This document shows, piece after piece, positions 40,837 to 49,802 of a stretch of 56,023 nt of DNA. The notes below the pieces were generated by a model. It searched no databases. It was not told where the DNA came from and saw nothing but the letters and a program-made list of their open reading frames with translations. Position 1 is the first letter of the stretch, and every line of letters begins with the position of its first letter. A program made the position numbers and the translations under genes. This DNA is from a virus. Its lineage: Duplodnaviria; Caudoviricetes. The stretch lies in the IMG/VR virus record IMGVR_UViG_3300025282_000041, positions 1-56,023 of that record, one strand, 5' to 3'.

Positions 40837-42111
40837 TCACTCTCCTCCGTCAAACTGGCCAAGACCAGTATCGCCGCCCTCGGGCGCAGGAACCACGAAT
40901 CGTGGAACTGCGTGAACCCCGAAGGCGCGAATCTGGGGAATCTCCCCATCATCGGTGGCCTGTACACCTAGCCGACCACACACTAGAATCGTGGAGCGCT
41001 CGGCATATGGCTGCCACTTGTCGCCATCCCTGTAGTCGAACACATTGCAGTTCTCCTTGAGATGGCCTGATACTCGTATGTTGACCTCACTGCGAAGTCC
41101 CGAGGGGAACGACCGCTGCAGGTCCCATGAGGTAATCCTGATGTTGTATGTCTTGCCGGTGTCATCGTACTCGGTGTCCCAACCCTCCTTGAACAGGGAG
41201 GTCACCTTGCCCTTCACGATGACGATTGGGCCAATCGCGTTGAGGCCGGGAACCTCCTTGAGGTTGGCTTGGTAATGCTCCAGTAGGTCGCCCAGACCCA
41301 CGAATGATTCGTGGACGACGGGATTGACGCAGAACTTCTCCGGTGATAGTTGTTGGCGCACATCTGGCTCAACGAAGTCATCCGTGAGAACGATGTCATT
41401 GACCCACTTGCGAGGTAGTCGCAGTATGTCGGCAAAGTCGGGGTTCTGATTCTCACTCGTGTTGGGAATGACCTTCAGACGGCATGATTGGTAGAACGGT
41501 GGGGCCGCCTCAATGTCATTTGAGTCGAATCGCCACAACTTGACTGCGTTGCCGAAGTCAGCCTCGGAGTTGCCGAGGAAGTAGTAGTATCGACTCCACA
41601 GTTCGGCGCGAATCGGGTCACCCTTGTTCTTCGCCCACTCAGCGTTCTGCAGGAGGGCAAGCGAGGTACCGGGTATGAGGAACCAAGGTGTATCGTTGGT
41701 GATGGGTTCGTTGGTGTTGTCGTTGCCGATGAACCATGTTCCACTATCTTCGTTCTTGCGGCATCGAGCCACCATACCGGCGGCAACCGCCTTGTCAGCA
41801 TCTTGGTTGTAGGCGCTCAGTGCCGCCTCCCTCACCCGTTGTCTCTTGTCTCGTGCCTTGCCATCGACGCCGACGAACAGTCCGACCCAGTTCTCCGTGT
41901 TGAAGGTAGAGCCACCCCGTCGCTTCACCACGAATCCCTCAGCGGCCTCCTCAAGGAAGTCCTCATCTTCGTCCTGCCAGTTGTCAACTGCGTACTTATC
42001 AGAGAGGAACTCCACGAACTTCTGTTGGGCATCATCTATGCTGACGCTGTTCGCATCGGCATACCCCTGCAGTCGCTCGGAAACACTCTCCGGCCATTCA
42101 TTATCTGTCAT
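40837..42111 (-). CDS. Putative ssDNA-binding protein (RPA/OB-fold-like)
   Basis: IVIVKGKVTSL...STILVCGRL...IRAFGVHA OB-like strands; acidic tail; replication-module position. Confidence 0.55.
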   Translation of the reverse strand: MTDNEWPESVSERLQGYADANSVSIDDAQQKFVEFLSDKYAVDNWQDEDEDFLEEAAEGFVVKRRGGSTFNTENWVGLFVGVDGKARDKRQRVREAALSAYNQDADKAVAAGMVARCRKNEDSGTWFIGNDNTNEPITNDTPWFLIPGTSLALLQNAEWAKNKGDPIRAELWSRYYYFLGNSEADFGNAVKLWRFDSNDIEAAPPFYQSCRLKVIPNTSENQNPDFADILRLPRKWVNDIVLTDDFVEPDVRQQLSPEKFCVNPVVHESFVGLGDLLEHYQANLKEVPGLNAIGPIVIVKGKVTSLFKEGWDTEYDDTGKTYNIRITSWDLQRSFPSGLRSEVNIRVSGHLKENCNVFDYRDGDKWQPYAERSTILVCGRLGVQATDDGEIPQIRAFGVHAVPRFVVPAPEGGDTGLGQFDGGE

Positions 42112-42118
42112 TTTCCAT

Positions 42119-43069
42119 TCACTCCTTTTTTCCATTTCGTGCCTTCAGTGTGGCCACGAGGTACTCGTAGTATGCGTCGTCGCCGGCTGGCCACGAATGC
42201 ACTCGTTCTACGAACTCACCCCATGTCACAAGGAAGGAATAGTACTGGTCTGGCGTCAAGCCAAGGGAATATACATTGTCACGCAACTTGTTCATCACAT
42301 GAAGTCGGGGAAGGCCCTTAGCCGCTATCTTTCGCAACTCGACAGACAACGACTGCCACTCCCCTGCCGCCACGGACATGGCGGAGTCGCTGAAGTCGGC
42401 GCGCTCGACCAACAATCGGTTCTCCAACGCCTCGGGGTCACTGCTGTTCAACGCCTGTAGTATGTCCACACCGCTGCGGAGGTCGCCCTCGCACACCTCA
42501 TTGAGATACTCAAAGTGTTCACACCAGTCGGTGGGTAATTGTTCCCCATCGGCTATGCGCGCATACAGTTGTGTTGCCGCCGAGTTGGTGGCCTTCGCAA
42601 ACATGTAGACCATGCAGCGGGACTGCAGGGCCGGGATGATGGCAGCACCGTTGTTGGCGGTGAGGATGAACAGCGACTGCTCCACGCATTGCTCCATCGT
42701 GTTCCTCATGGCCTCCTGTGCCGGAGTGGTAAGACCGTCTGCCTCATCGAACAGGATGACCTTGCGAGGAACGCCTATGCCCCCTTGGTGGGCCACCTGC
42801 TTCACCTCGTTGCGAATGAAGTTGATGCCCCGGTCGTCGGACGCGTTGAACTGGATGTAGTTGAGAGGGTCATAGAACTCGTTGAGCATCATCCTCGCTA
42901 TGACACCCGCGGCTGTTGTCTTGCCCGTTCCGGGCGGGCCGATGAGTAATATCGCGGCCGGGTATTCGCCCCGCTCCAACCATTCCTCACAATCCGCACG
43001 AAAATCGGGGCATCCCACCATCTCGTCAATCGTTTGGGGTCGGTATTTTTCCCGCCATTGGGTCGTCAT
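42119..43069 (-). CDS. rfcS: Replication factor C small subunit (clamp loader)
   Basis: WREKYRP, GPPGTGKTT, NASDDRG, DEAD, LQSRC. Confidence 0.93.
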   Translation of the reverse strand: MTTQWREKYRPQTIDEMVGCPDFRADCEEWLERGEYPAAILLIGPPGTGKTTAAGVIARMMLNEFYDPLNYIQFNASDDRGINFIRNEVKQVAHQGGIGVPRKVILFDEADGLTTPAQEAMRNTMEQCVEQSLFILTANNGAAIIPALQSRCMVYMFAKATNSAATQLYARIADGEQLPTDWCEHFEYLNEVCEGDLRSGVDILQALNSSDPEALENRLLVERADFSDSAMSVAAGEWQSLSVELRKIAAKGLPRLHVMNKLRDNVYSLGLTPDQYYSFLVTWGEFVERVHSWPAGDDAYYEYLVATLKARNGKKE

Positions 43070-43472
43070 CAATATACGATGAGGGTTCAAAGGTATTTAA
43101 CCGGGAATCTGACCAGTCATCAAGTTCGTTCACCAGTCTGAGTATATCCTCGTGTTTCCAACGATGTGGGAACAGGTGGAACAGGTGCTCCATCTTCTCC
43201 ATCCCCTCAATGTCCATCACCAACTCTCGGACTGGCCGCAGTGTCTCAATAATCTTCTCGATGTCGCTCTTGCGACTCACCCTCCGAGCATTGATTTCAT
43301 GTCGGTCACTCAACCATTGACGCAACAGTGGTTCCCTCTTTGCCCTATGTACCATCACATACTTGTAGGCCTTGTACCCTGACGGCGATAATTCCTCCCT
43401 GCACACATACACATAGAACCGGGCTTCCCTCGCCAACCAAGTGGTCATCACCAAATCCAGACGGTCATCCAT
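43026..43472 (-). CDS. Hypothetical protein, possible degenerate LAGLIDADG-like fold
   Basis: WLAREARFYV...YVMV...LL..WL...RVSRK.DIEKIIETLRP loosely follows LAGLIDADG topology. Confidence 0.4.
   Translation of the reverse strand: MDDRLDLVMTTWLAREARFYVYVCREELSPSGYKAYKYVMVHRAKREPLLRQWLSDRHEINARRVSRKSDIEKIIETLRPVRELVMDIEGMEKMEHLFHLFPHRWKHEDILRLVNELDDWSDSRLNTFEPSSYIDDDPMAGKIPTPND
43078..43100 (-). promoter_or_regulatory. Conserved viral promoter TTAAATACCTTTGAACCCTCATC
   Basis: TATA ends ~25 nt upstream of the rfcS ATG (43069), consistent with a leaderless transcript. Confidence 0.7.
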
Positions 43473-44835
43473 CTAAATCGCCACCCATCATCATTAGCAG
43501 GTCACTCAATTGTACGGTGTCGCTGTATCCCAACCTACTGTCGATTCCCAGTATCTCAGGGTTCTGCAAGTGATAGTGACCTATCCACCCTTGCATCCCA
43601 TACGCCGCCACATCGATGATGCACCCCACATCATCCATGCGCGTCCACACATCACCAATCACAGGCCCGAGTTTGGGGTGTGTGCGGAGCACTGTGGCCA
43701 CATCATCGGGACACCAGACCTCGGCAACCTGAACCAGTGCGAACCCATCAAGGGCAGACAGACGGACATTGACCTTGATTTCATCCACCTTACGGGCCTG
43801 TGTGACGAGTAGGGGAACACGCATGGGGTGTCGGTTCATCACATACCCACCCTTGAAGGCGTCATCATAGTATGGTACATCATCCAAGAGGCGCAGGTGC
43901 TCGCCCTCACCCAAGTCACGCACTGCCTTGCGTAGTTCCGCCATAGTGGTGACTGGTCTGACCTTGTGCTCAATCATCGCCTTCCGCTCCGTGTAGTTCT
44001 CCTTCCACACATCCCTACCATCCAACCACAGTATGTCACGCACTGCTATCGTGTCACGACTGAAGTCATCATCGGTGTCGACCTCATAGATGGCCGGAAC
44101 ATGGTCACTGGCCCATCCCCCTACCATGCGCCCTGCTCGTGTGTAGAGCCTAGCCTGTGCGCCGTCGTAGTGGAGATATGACCTAGGGTTGCTCAGCACC
44201 TCGATGTAGGTGGTCGGGAACGGCAGCACAATGCTCTTCCACTGCCAGTAGCGAGGGCATGGTGACAGCGGCGTTCCCGGCTCCATAGGGTTGAATGAGG
44301 GTACAGTGCCGTCAAACGCCCGCTCAACAACCTCTAGGAACGGTGTGTACGCTACCGCCCTCTGCAGTTCCCCAATGTCATACTGGGTGCTGTGGGCGAC
44401 CGCCTTCAACATGGCATGTTTGCTGATAGGTGGGCGCTCCCCCAGTGCGACCTGCCAGAACAGGTATGCCTCATGCTCCGACAGCGCGGACACAATCTCA
44501 CCCAGTGTCCGCTCCTTCATCGAATCCAGAACACGGAGGGTGTAGTCGATTGACCAGTCGCTCTCACGGTTGCCCGCCGACTCATCAGCGAGCAATGGCA
44601 CGAGAGCGCGCTCCGCCGTGAGCACCCCCCACTCCTCGGGGTGGATGCCATAGTACGCGGTCACCCTCGACAGGAACCACGAGTACCCGATGCGTGGCTC
44701 ATCATCGAACCACAGCATGACGCCCTGCATCCAGTCGTCATGCATCTGAACATAGTCAGTGACGACGCGAGCGCGATTCTCACCTTCAGCCCGCAACAAC
44801 GCTGCCGCTGTTGCTGCTCTCCATAACTCCACCAA
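43465..44835 (-). CDS. ATP-dependent DNA ligase-like protein, catalytic motifs degenerate
   Basis: Ligase scaffold (RxxLH...LYTRAG; DILWLDGRDV...YTERK; C-terminal OB LQNPEILGI), but motif I KxDGxR is replaced by EVLSNPR. Confidence 0.65.
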   Translation of the reverse strand: MVELWRAATAAALLRAEGENRARVVTDYVQMHDDWMQGVMLWFDDEPRIGYSWFLSRVTAYYGIHPEEWGVLTAERALVPLLADESAGNRESDWSIDYTLRVLDSMKERTLGEIVSALSEHEAYLFWQVALGERPPISKHAMLKAVAHSTQYDIGELQRAVAYTPFLEVVERAFDGTVPSFNPMEPGTPLSPCPRYWQWKSIVLPFPTTYIEVLSNPRSYLHYDGAQARLYTRAGRMVGGWASDHVPAIYEVDTDDDFSRDTIAVRDILWLDGRDVWKENYTERKAMIEHKVRPVTTMAELRKAVRDLGEGEHLRLLDDVPYYDDAFKGGYVMNRHPMRVPLLVTQARKVDEIKVNVRLSALDGFALVQVAEVWCPDDVATVLRTHPKLGPVIGDVWTRMDDVGCIIDVAAYGMQGWIGHYHLQNPEILGIDSRLGYSDTVQLSDLLMMMGGDLDG

Positions 44836-44865
44836 TGGCCCCTCTCACGGAGGGGTCATCGAGAC

Positions 44866-44875
44866 GGTATTTGAA
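44866..44875 (-). promoter_or_regulatory. Variant promoter core TTCAAATACC
   Basis: Same core as the 32.9-kb copy, in the intergenic gap upstream of the ligase-like gene. Confidence 0.45.
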
Positions 44876-44881
44876 CTACAC

Positions 44882-45805
44882 CTAGAAGTTGGTGGAGTCG
44901 ATGTTCAGTCGTTGGACTATCTCTTTGTAGCGATTGCGAATCGTCACTTCAGTCACACCAGCAATCTCGGCAATCTCCCGTTGGGTGCGCCGGTTATCCA
45001 ACACCACACCAGCGATGTAGATTGAGGCGGCGCACATCCCTACAGGACCACGCCCACAGTCAATCTCCCACTCATGGCACAGGGCGATTATCTCATCTGC
45101 CTTGGAACTCACTGCAGCACCCAACCCCAGTTGGGAGCAGAACCTAGCGGTGTACATGTCCGGTGTCGGTATGTCTGCACGAATCTTCAACTTGCGCTTG
45201 ATGAGACGGGTGGTGCGCCCTATCTCCTTGCGACCAGTTCGGGCAGACTGGGCAATTTCATCGAGGGTTCGTGGCACACCACACAATCGGCACGACAGGT
45301 ATAGACACGCTGCCGTGACCCCCTCTATGGAGCGACCACGAATCAGGTTATCCTTGATGCAGTGCCTGTATATTCGGGCAGAGCGTTCACGAACCGACTT
45401 CGGTAGTTCCAACCGACTGGCTATCCTATCCATCTCAGCGAGTGCCATAGATAGGTTGCGCTCGCGTGAGTTGGACACTCGGGAGCGCTTCTGCCACTTC
45501 CTCATGCGATAGAACTGCGAGCGTGTCCTACCGTTCCCAATCGACTTACCTGAGTAGTCCCTATTCTGCCAGTCGATGTCGGTCGACAGCCCCTTATCAT
45601 GCAGCATCTCCGTCATCGGAGCACCGACTCGCCCTCGCTGCTCGCCCTGTTCAATGCTGAATACTCGCCACTCCGCTCCGGGGTCTACTATCCTATCATC
45701 CAATACCAACCCACAGTTGGCGCAGATGATTTCACCACGAGCATCATCCCTCTCCAGTTCACGCCCATTGCACTCTGTACACTTCACTATATCTTCTTCG
45801 TCCAT
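44882..45805 (-). CDS. tfb: Transcription initiation factor TFB (TFIIB)
   Basis: Zn ribbon CTEC...CANC, B-reader EWRVF, two cyclin repeats (GRSIEGVTAACLY; VTEVTIRNRYKE); GGAGG RBS before ATG 45805. Confidence 0.95.
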   Translation of the reverse strand: MDEEDIVKCTECNGRELERDDARGEIICANCGLVLDDRIVDPGAEWRVFSIEQGEQRGRVGAPMTEMLHDKGLSTDIDWQNRDYSGKSIGNGRTRSQFYRMRKWQKRSRVSNSRERNLSMALAEMDRIASRLELPKSVRERSARIYRHCIKDNLIRGRSIEGVTAACLYLSCRLCGVPRTLDEIAQSARTGRKEIGRTTRLIKRKLKIRADIPTPDMYTARFCSQLGLGAAVSSKADEIIALCHEWEIDCGRGPVGMCAASIYIAGVVLDNRRTQREIAEIAGVTEVTIRNRYKEIVQRLNIDSTNF

Positions 45806-45863
45806 ATGTATTCCTCCAATCATTTGACACACCCAATCAAAAGGGTTTGATAAACCCGATGCA

Positions 45864-45875
45864 GGGTATTAAAAG
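45864..45875 (-). promoter_or_regulatory. Probable TATA box CTTTTAATACCC upstream of tfb
   Basis: AT-rich TATA-like element followed by inverted repeat GGGTTT-N3-AAACCC (45843-45857). Confidence 0.45.
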
Positions 45876-46253
45876 TTAAGAATCAGGGTTATTTATGATT
45901 CCTGCTGCAGCATCGGCCTCGCTCGACAACAACAACCCCAGTTGACTGTGCAACTCCCTTGCTTGCTCCCATGACAGACGCACACCACGACTGGTCGGCC
46001 CGTTCTCGTTGACATGGGCATCGTTCCGCCACAACCGTAGGTCTATCTCCTGCTTGTCACTTCCCATGAACCGGATGTGGCTCAATCGCAGGTCAAAGAA
46101 CTTTGACCTCGTTCCCTTGGCGGGGGTCACCCAGAACGGGATGCTCTCTTGGTCACTGTAGTGACCTGCTCCCTTCGTCGTCTTGCCCTGTCTCTGCGTG
46201 GTGCCTTTACCTACCACCCATCTAGTACTCTCATCATCTTCACTCATTACCAT
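45876..46253 (-). CDS. PC4-like ssDNA-binding protein
   Basis: IDLRLW...PTSRGVRLS PC4/YdbC signature. Confidence 0.7.
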   Translation of the reverse strand: MVMSEDDESTRWVVGKGTTQRQGKTTKGAGHYSDQESIPFWVTPAKGTRSKFFDLRLSHIRFMGSDKQEIDLRLWRNDAHVNENGPTSRGVRLSWEQARELHSQLGLLLSSEADAAAGIINNPDS

Positions 46254-46576
46254 TCTCTCCTTTTGTATTCCATTCGTGGCTTAGCGCCATTCCATCGAGG
46301 TGATACCCTCATGAGTATGAACTCCGCATCGACCAGTTTGGCAAGTGTCGTCTTGACATCCTCCAAACCCAACACCATGTTCGGTATGTGCTTTCGTATC
46401 TCCCTGAGGGTCTGCCACTCACCGTCGATTGCCAGTATGATAGGGATGAACCGCGACTCGATGACCTCGGCAGGTTGCTCCTTGGACTTCCGCATGAAGC
46501 GCTCCAACAACTGTTCACACTCATCATAGTCCATCACCCTCGTTGGTATCTGCCAAAACCTGAACCTCGTCACCAA
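46247..46576 (-). CDS. Winged-helix DNA-binding protein
   Basis: QTLREIR...VKTTLAKLVDAEFI...MEYK pattern. Confidence 0.55.
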   Translation of the reverse strand: MVTRFRFWQIPTRVMDYDECEQLLERFMRKSKEQPAEVIESRFIPIILAIDGEWQTLREIRKHIPNMVLGLEDVKTTLAKLVDAEFILMRVSPRWNGAKPRMEYKRREW

Positions 46577-46605
46577 CCGCAGCCTCTCCTAGCGCGGATA
46601 ACACC

Positions 46606-46890
46606 TCAGTGGAATCCTTTGCTGCTACGCTTACCCTTGCCATCTGTTTTCAATTCTTTGATGTAGGGAGACATGTCACTTATGCCCGGTGGCGGAGGGG
46701 GATTATCCTCTTCCTTCCAGTTTGGGCATACCTGCGCCCACATTCGACCGGCCTTGTATGATACCCCCCCCACTCTGTGGGAGTTCCCTAGGTCACCGGA
46801 ATGCCAGACCCATCCATACCCTCCGCCACACTCATCACAACACAATAGTTCTTCACTCATTTCATTCTCCTCCTTCTTCCCCTTAGTCAT
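46606..46890 (-). CDS. Small hypothetical Cys-containing protein
   Basis: Coupled ORF; CCDECGG. Confidence 0.5.
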   Translation of the reverse strand: MTKGKKEENEMSEELLCCDECGGGYGWVWHSGDLGNSHRVGGVSYKAGRMWAQVCPNWKEEDNPPPPPGISDMSPYIKELKTDGKGKRSSKGFH

Positions 46891-47213
46891 CGTTCCTCAT
46901 CCCAAGTCTCGTATTCATCGGGGAACTTCTCTTTGTATGCGTCAAGGAGATGCCAAAAGCACTTATCACAAATATGTACATCAGTATGAACCTCTTCCCA
47001 TTTGGGTGGTAAATCTTTTTCATCCATCGGGAAGCAAACATAGTCCATGTGTGCAACTCCATAACACGCTTCGCAACTCCGATAAGAACCCTCATGTAAG
47101 GAGGAACTACTTATGTCTTCTTCACAAGCACAACACTCCATGCTGCAATCACAACCGCTTCCACCTGTGTAGGTTGCATCGCAATCTCCTCCATGTGGAT
47201 GACTGGAACTCAT
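46887..47213 (-). CDS. Cys-rich zinc-finger protein
   Basis: CCAC, CEAC, H..YVC, CDKC. Confidence 0.55.
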   Translation of the reverse strand: MSSSHPHGGDCDATYTGGSGCDCSMECCACEEDISSSSLHEGSYRSCEACYGVAHMDYVCFPMDEKDLPPKWEEVHTDVHICDKCFWHLLDAYKEKFPDEYETWDEER

Positions 47214-47539
47214 TCCTCTTCCTCCCATCGCTTATGTGCTGACCCATTCTCAATAATATGATGCAACCAGTCAAGGATGCTACCGTCACTCCTGTTGAAG
47301 ACACTAGTGAGGTCACGAGTTTCCCAGATTACCCACCACTCATTCACATAGTAGTCATCGGACCACACCGCCCCTTGGTCGCTGTCATGCCACGCCTGTA
47401 GCATCTCCTTCGGCGTGTCATAGAATGCGGAGCGCTTGTGTGGATAGAAGAAGTAGTCGATGAATCCGATTATCCCGTTGTTCATGTGCCATGCTGCCAT
47501 CAGTTCCCTGAACTGCTCCTTTGTCACCTTGTCAGTCAT
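47210..47539 (-). CDS. Hypothetical protein
   Basis: ATGA coupling on both sides. Confidence 0.6.
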   Translation of the reverse strand: MTDKVTKEQFRELMAAWHMNNGIIGFIDYFFYPHKRSAFYDTPKEMLQAWHDSDQGAVWSDDYYVNEWWVIWETRDLTSVFNRSDGSILDWLHHIIENGSAHKRWEEEE

Positions 47540-47772
47540 TCGCTCTCCTCCAGTTTCGTTGCGGCCTCAGTCACCATCGACTGCCAGTCCGAGTCAACCG
47601 CCATTTTTTCAGCCGCCACCGTCAATCCCTGTAGGATTTTGTATGCCGAGTCAATTGATTGCTGCACCTCGTCCATCTGATAGTCATGCAGCATCGCTGC
47701 ATCAGACAGGACGCACAACGCCTCTTCAAGACCCATTAGTAGGACATCCCAGAACTCATGTTGGTGGCTCAT
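47536..47772 (-). CDS. Hypothetical protein
   Basis: ATG 47772 overlaps the upstream stop; RBS present. Confidence 0.5.
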   Translation of the reverse strand: MSHQHEFWDVLLMGLEEALCVLSDAAMLHDYQMDEVQQSIDSAYKILQGLTVAAEKMAVDSDWQSMVTEAATKLEESE

Positions 47773-48422
47773 TCCTCTTCCTCCGCTCGCGTAGACTGAC
47801 CTCCCCACTTGGCCACTTTCACTGCTAATGGCTCGCTCTGATTTGCTAGTTCTAGACGAGACCGAGCGTTTGGATTTGGAGAGCGTGTGTAGTGGATGGC
47901 GAGGGTATCTCCACCAAACCAATCATCCATGTAGGAACAGTGCTCAACCATGTAGTAGTGGCCATCGCAGAGGATTCTGTGGTAATCCTTCTCAAGGATG
48001 TCCTCTGCCAGTGATTGCCAGTCGATGTACGCATGGAGCATCACCTTCGGGCCGTCCAAATCCATTTGTTTCCCGATGCTATTATTCATGAGCAGATGAT
48101 TGATGGAGACATAAATGTCCAGTTTGCTGGAGAAATGGTTGCAGAGTTCCCCTTCTCTTGGTAAGTTCAAATTGAATATCAAACTGAACCTTGAGAGACC
48201 CTTCACCCACTCTGTTAGTTCATCGACGGACACCACCTCCATTTCAGCGTGGAGGCGTTTGTATCTCTCAGCGTGTTGCCCGCAGAGACTACCTGCACCA
48301 ACAGGGTCGCTTCCAGCGAGTTCGTATGCGTGGTCGTGCCAAGCCTCAGGGTCCCTTGGCCAGCCAGTCATCGCCGCTAGCAACATTCGTGCCTTACTTG
48401 GGTGTTGAACATATTGCGTCAT
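47769..48422 (-). CDS. Hypothetical protein with an ArdA-like C-terminal motif
   Basis: LHAYIDWQSLAEDILEKDY resembles ArdA YIDYExxARDL. Confidence 0.45.
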   Translation of the reverse strand: MTQYVQHPSKARMLLAAMTGWPRDPEAWHDHAYELAGSDPVGAGSLCGQHAERYKRLHAEMEVVSVDELTEWVKGLSRFSLIFNLNLPREGELCNHFSSKLDIYVSINHLLMNNSIGKQMDLDGPKVMLHAYIDWQSLAEDILEKDYHRILCDGHYYMVEHCSYMDDWFGGDTLAIHYTRSPNPNARSRLELANQSEPLAVKVAKWGGQSTRAEEEE

Positions 48423-48734
48423 TCACTCACCCCCGAACAGTGTGGGCGGGCCTGCTGCCAGACGCTCCGCCTTGTTAGTGATGCGTGTCTGCAACTGCTT
48501 GCACACATTGACCTCGGCCTTCTGCCACCGCTCCTTCTGTGCGTCAGACCAGTTACCATACCAGACGACCTCATCCTCGACGCCGCCCTGCGTGACATAG
48601 TACAGGAGGCATTGCCAGACCCGCGCCTCGGCCTCCTTCTGGGTGCGAGGGAAGTCATCGGCGTCGTAGTCAGCGATGCCCAATGAGCGGACTTCATTGA
48701 GGATTATCCGCATCTGGTTGTCTTGTTCAGTCAT
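48423..48734 (-). CDS. Hypothetical protein
   Basis: Coupled ORF in the early-gene run. Confidence 0.6.
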   Translation of the reverse strand: MTEQDNQMRIILNEVRSLGIADYDADDFPRTQKEAEARVWQCLLYYVTQGGVEDEVVWYGNWSDAQKERWQKAEVNVCKQLQTRITNKAERLAAGPPTLFGGE

Positions 48735-48976
48735 ACGACCACCAGTCGACCCTTCGCGATGTCTTTTTGCGTCTCGTCGTCGAGCAGGTCGAGCATCAAA
48801 AGCGGGTTCGCTGCGTACCAGTGCAACTTCACATTCTTGTAGGCCATCCTAAAACCTACGGTGACCCCAATGGCGTTCTCGCTTTCGCATCCCCAGTATG
48901 CCCCTAAGGGGAACTTGTCGATGAGCGAACGGAACTCGTCGTCTCCGGTCTTGTGCCAAGACACCTGCATACTCAT
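48731..48976 (-). CDS. Hypothetical protein
   Basis: ATGA coupling. Confidence 0.55.
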   Translation of the reverse strand: MSMQVSWHKTGDDEFRSLIDKFPLGAYWGCESENAIGVTVGFRMAYKNVKLHWYAANPLLMLDLLDDETQKDIAKGRLVVV

Positions 48977-49779
48977 TCTATCGCCCTCTTGAGGTCGTTC
49001 ATGGTGATTTCACCGTTGATGAATGCGGTGACAGCATCCACTAATGCGTAGTGTGTGGTCGCTAGGTCACCCAGAGCATTGCTGTTCTGTGCAGACACCC
49101 GAATCACCAAGTCGTTGTTGTTGTTGACTCGTGTGAACACACTCCAAGCATCGTCAGTCGTGTGAACTGTCTGAAAGTTGTCGTTGTGTGAGACCTGTAT
49201 CTCGTCAACTGCCACCACTGTGGCGTCCTCCTGCTCATCCTTAACCTTCTGTCGAATCCTGCGACAGCCACAAGCATTGCACAGCGGACCGAAGTCGGCT
49301 GTCTTGAACCTCCACTGGGAGGTGACGGTAGTACCGCACTCACCACAGCGCATACCCTGTTCATCAGTCGCCCTCTTGCTGAGCGCAACCCGTTCTGCTA
49401 GGGGTCTGTGCCACTTGCAGTAGCCGTCATCACCCACGAATAGCGGGGGAGTCCCGCATGGCGCACCATTGTTCTTGACACCTCTACAAACACGACTCTC
49501 AATCTTGCCTTCATCTACCAGCCGTTGCGCTTGTAGAGAGTCAATTTGGAAGGTGTCGGTCTTGGTCGGATAGTACCGGAACTTGCCCAGACCCTCTATC
49601 CGTATCCTGCGACCCCTCTCCAAGTGCCTTAGGGGGGCGACCAAACAGTCTTGAGTTCTGACCCAAGCCAGTTCGTCCAACCCCTTCGCTATCTCTCTTC
49701 TCGTGCAGCCGGGGTATCTCCTCACGAAGTCCCACACTGCATTCGCTCTCTTCTTTGTACTTGCTATTGCTCTTACCAT
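48973..49779 (-). CDS. Multi-domain DNA-binding protein: wHTH + CCCH finger + GATA-type zinc finger
   Basis: PGCTRREIAKGL (HTH); CRGVKNNGAPC...GYCKWH; CGECGTTVTSQWR...PLCNACG. Confidence 0.7.
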   Translation of the reverse strand: MVRAIASTKKRANAVWDFVRRYPGCTRREIAKGLDELAWVRTQDCLVAPLRHLERGRRIRIEGLGKFRYYPTKTDTFQIDSLQAQRLVDEGKIESRVCRGVKNNGAPCGTPPLFVGDDGYCKWHRPLAERVALSKRATDEQGMRCGECGTTVTSQWRFKTADFGPLCNACGCRRIRQKVKDEQEDATVVAVDEIQVSHNDNFQTVHTTDDAWSVFTRVNNNNDLVIRVSAQNSNALGDLATTHYALVDAVTAFINGEITMNDLKRAIE

Positions 49780-49802
49780 CTGTCTCTCTCTCCTTTTTAT
49801 GT

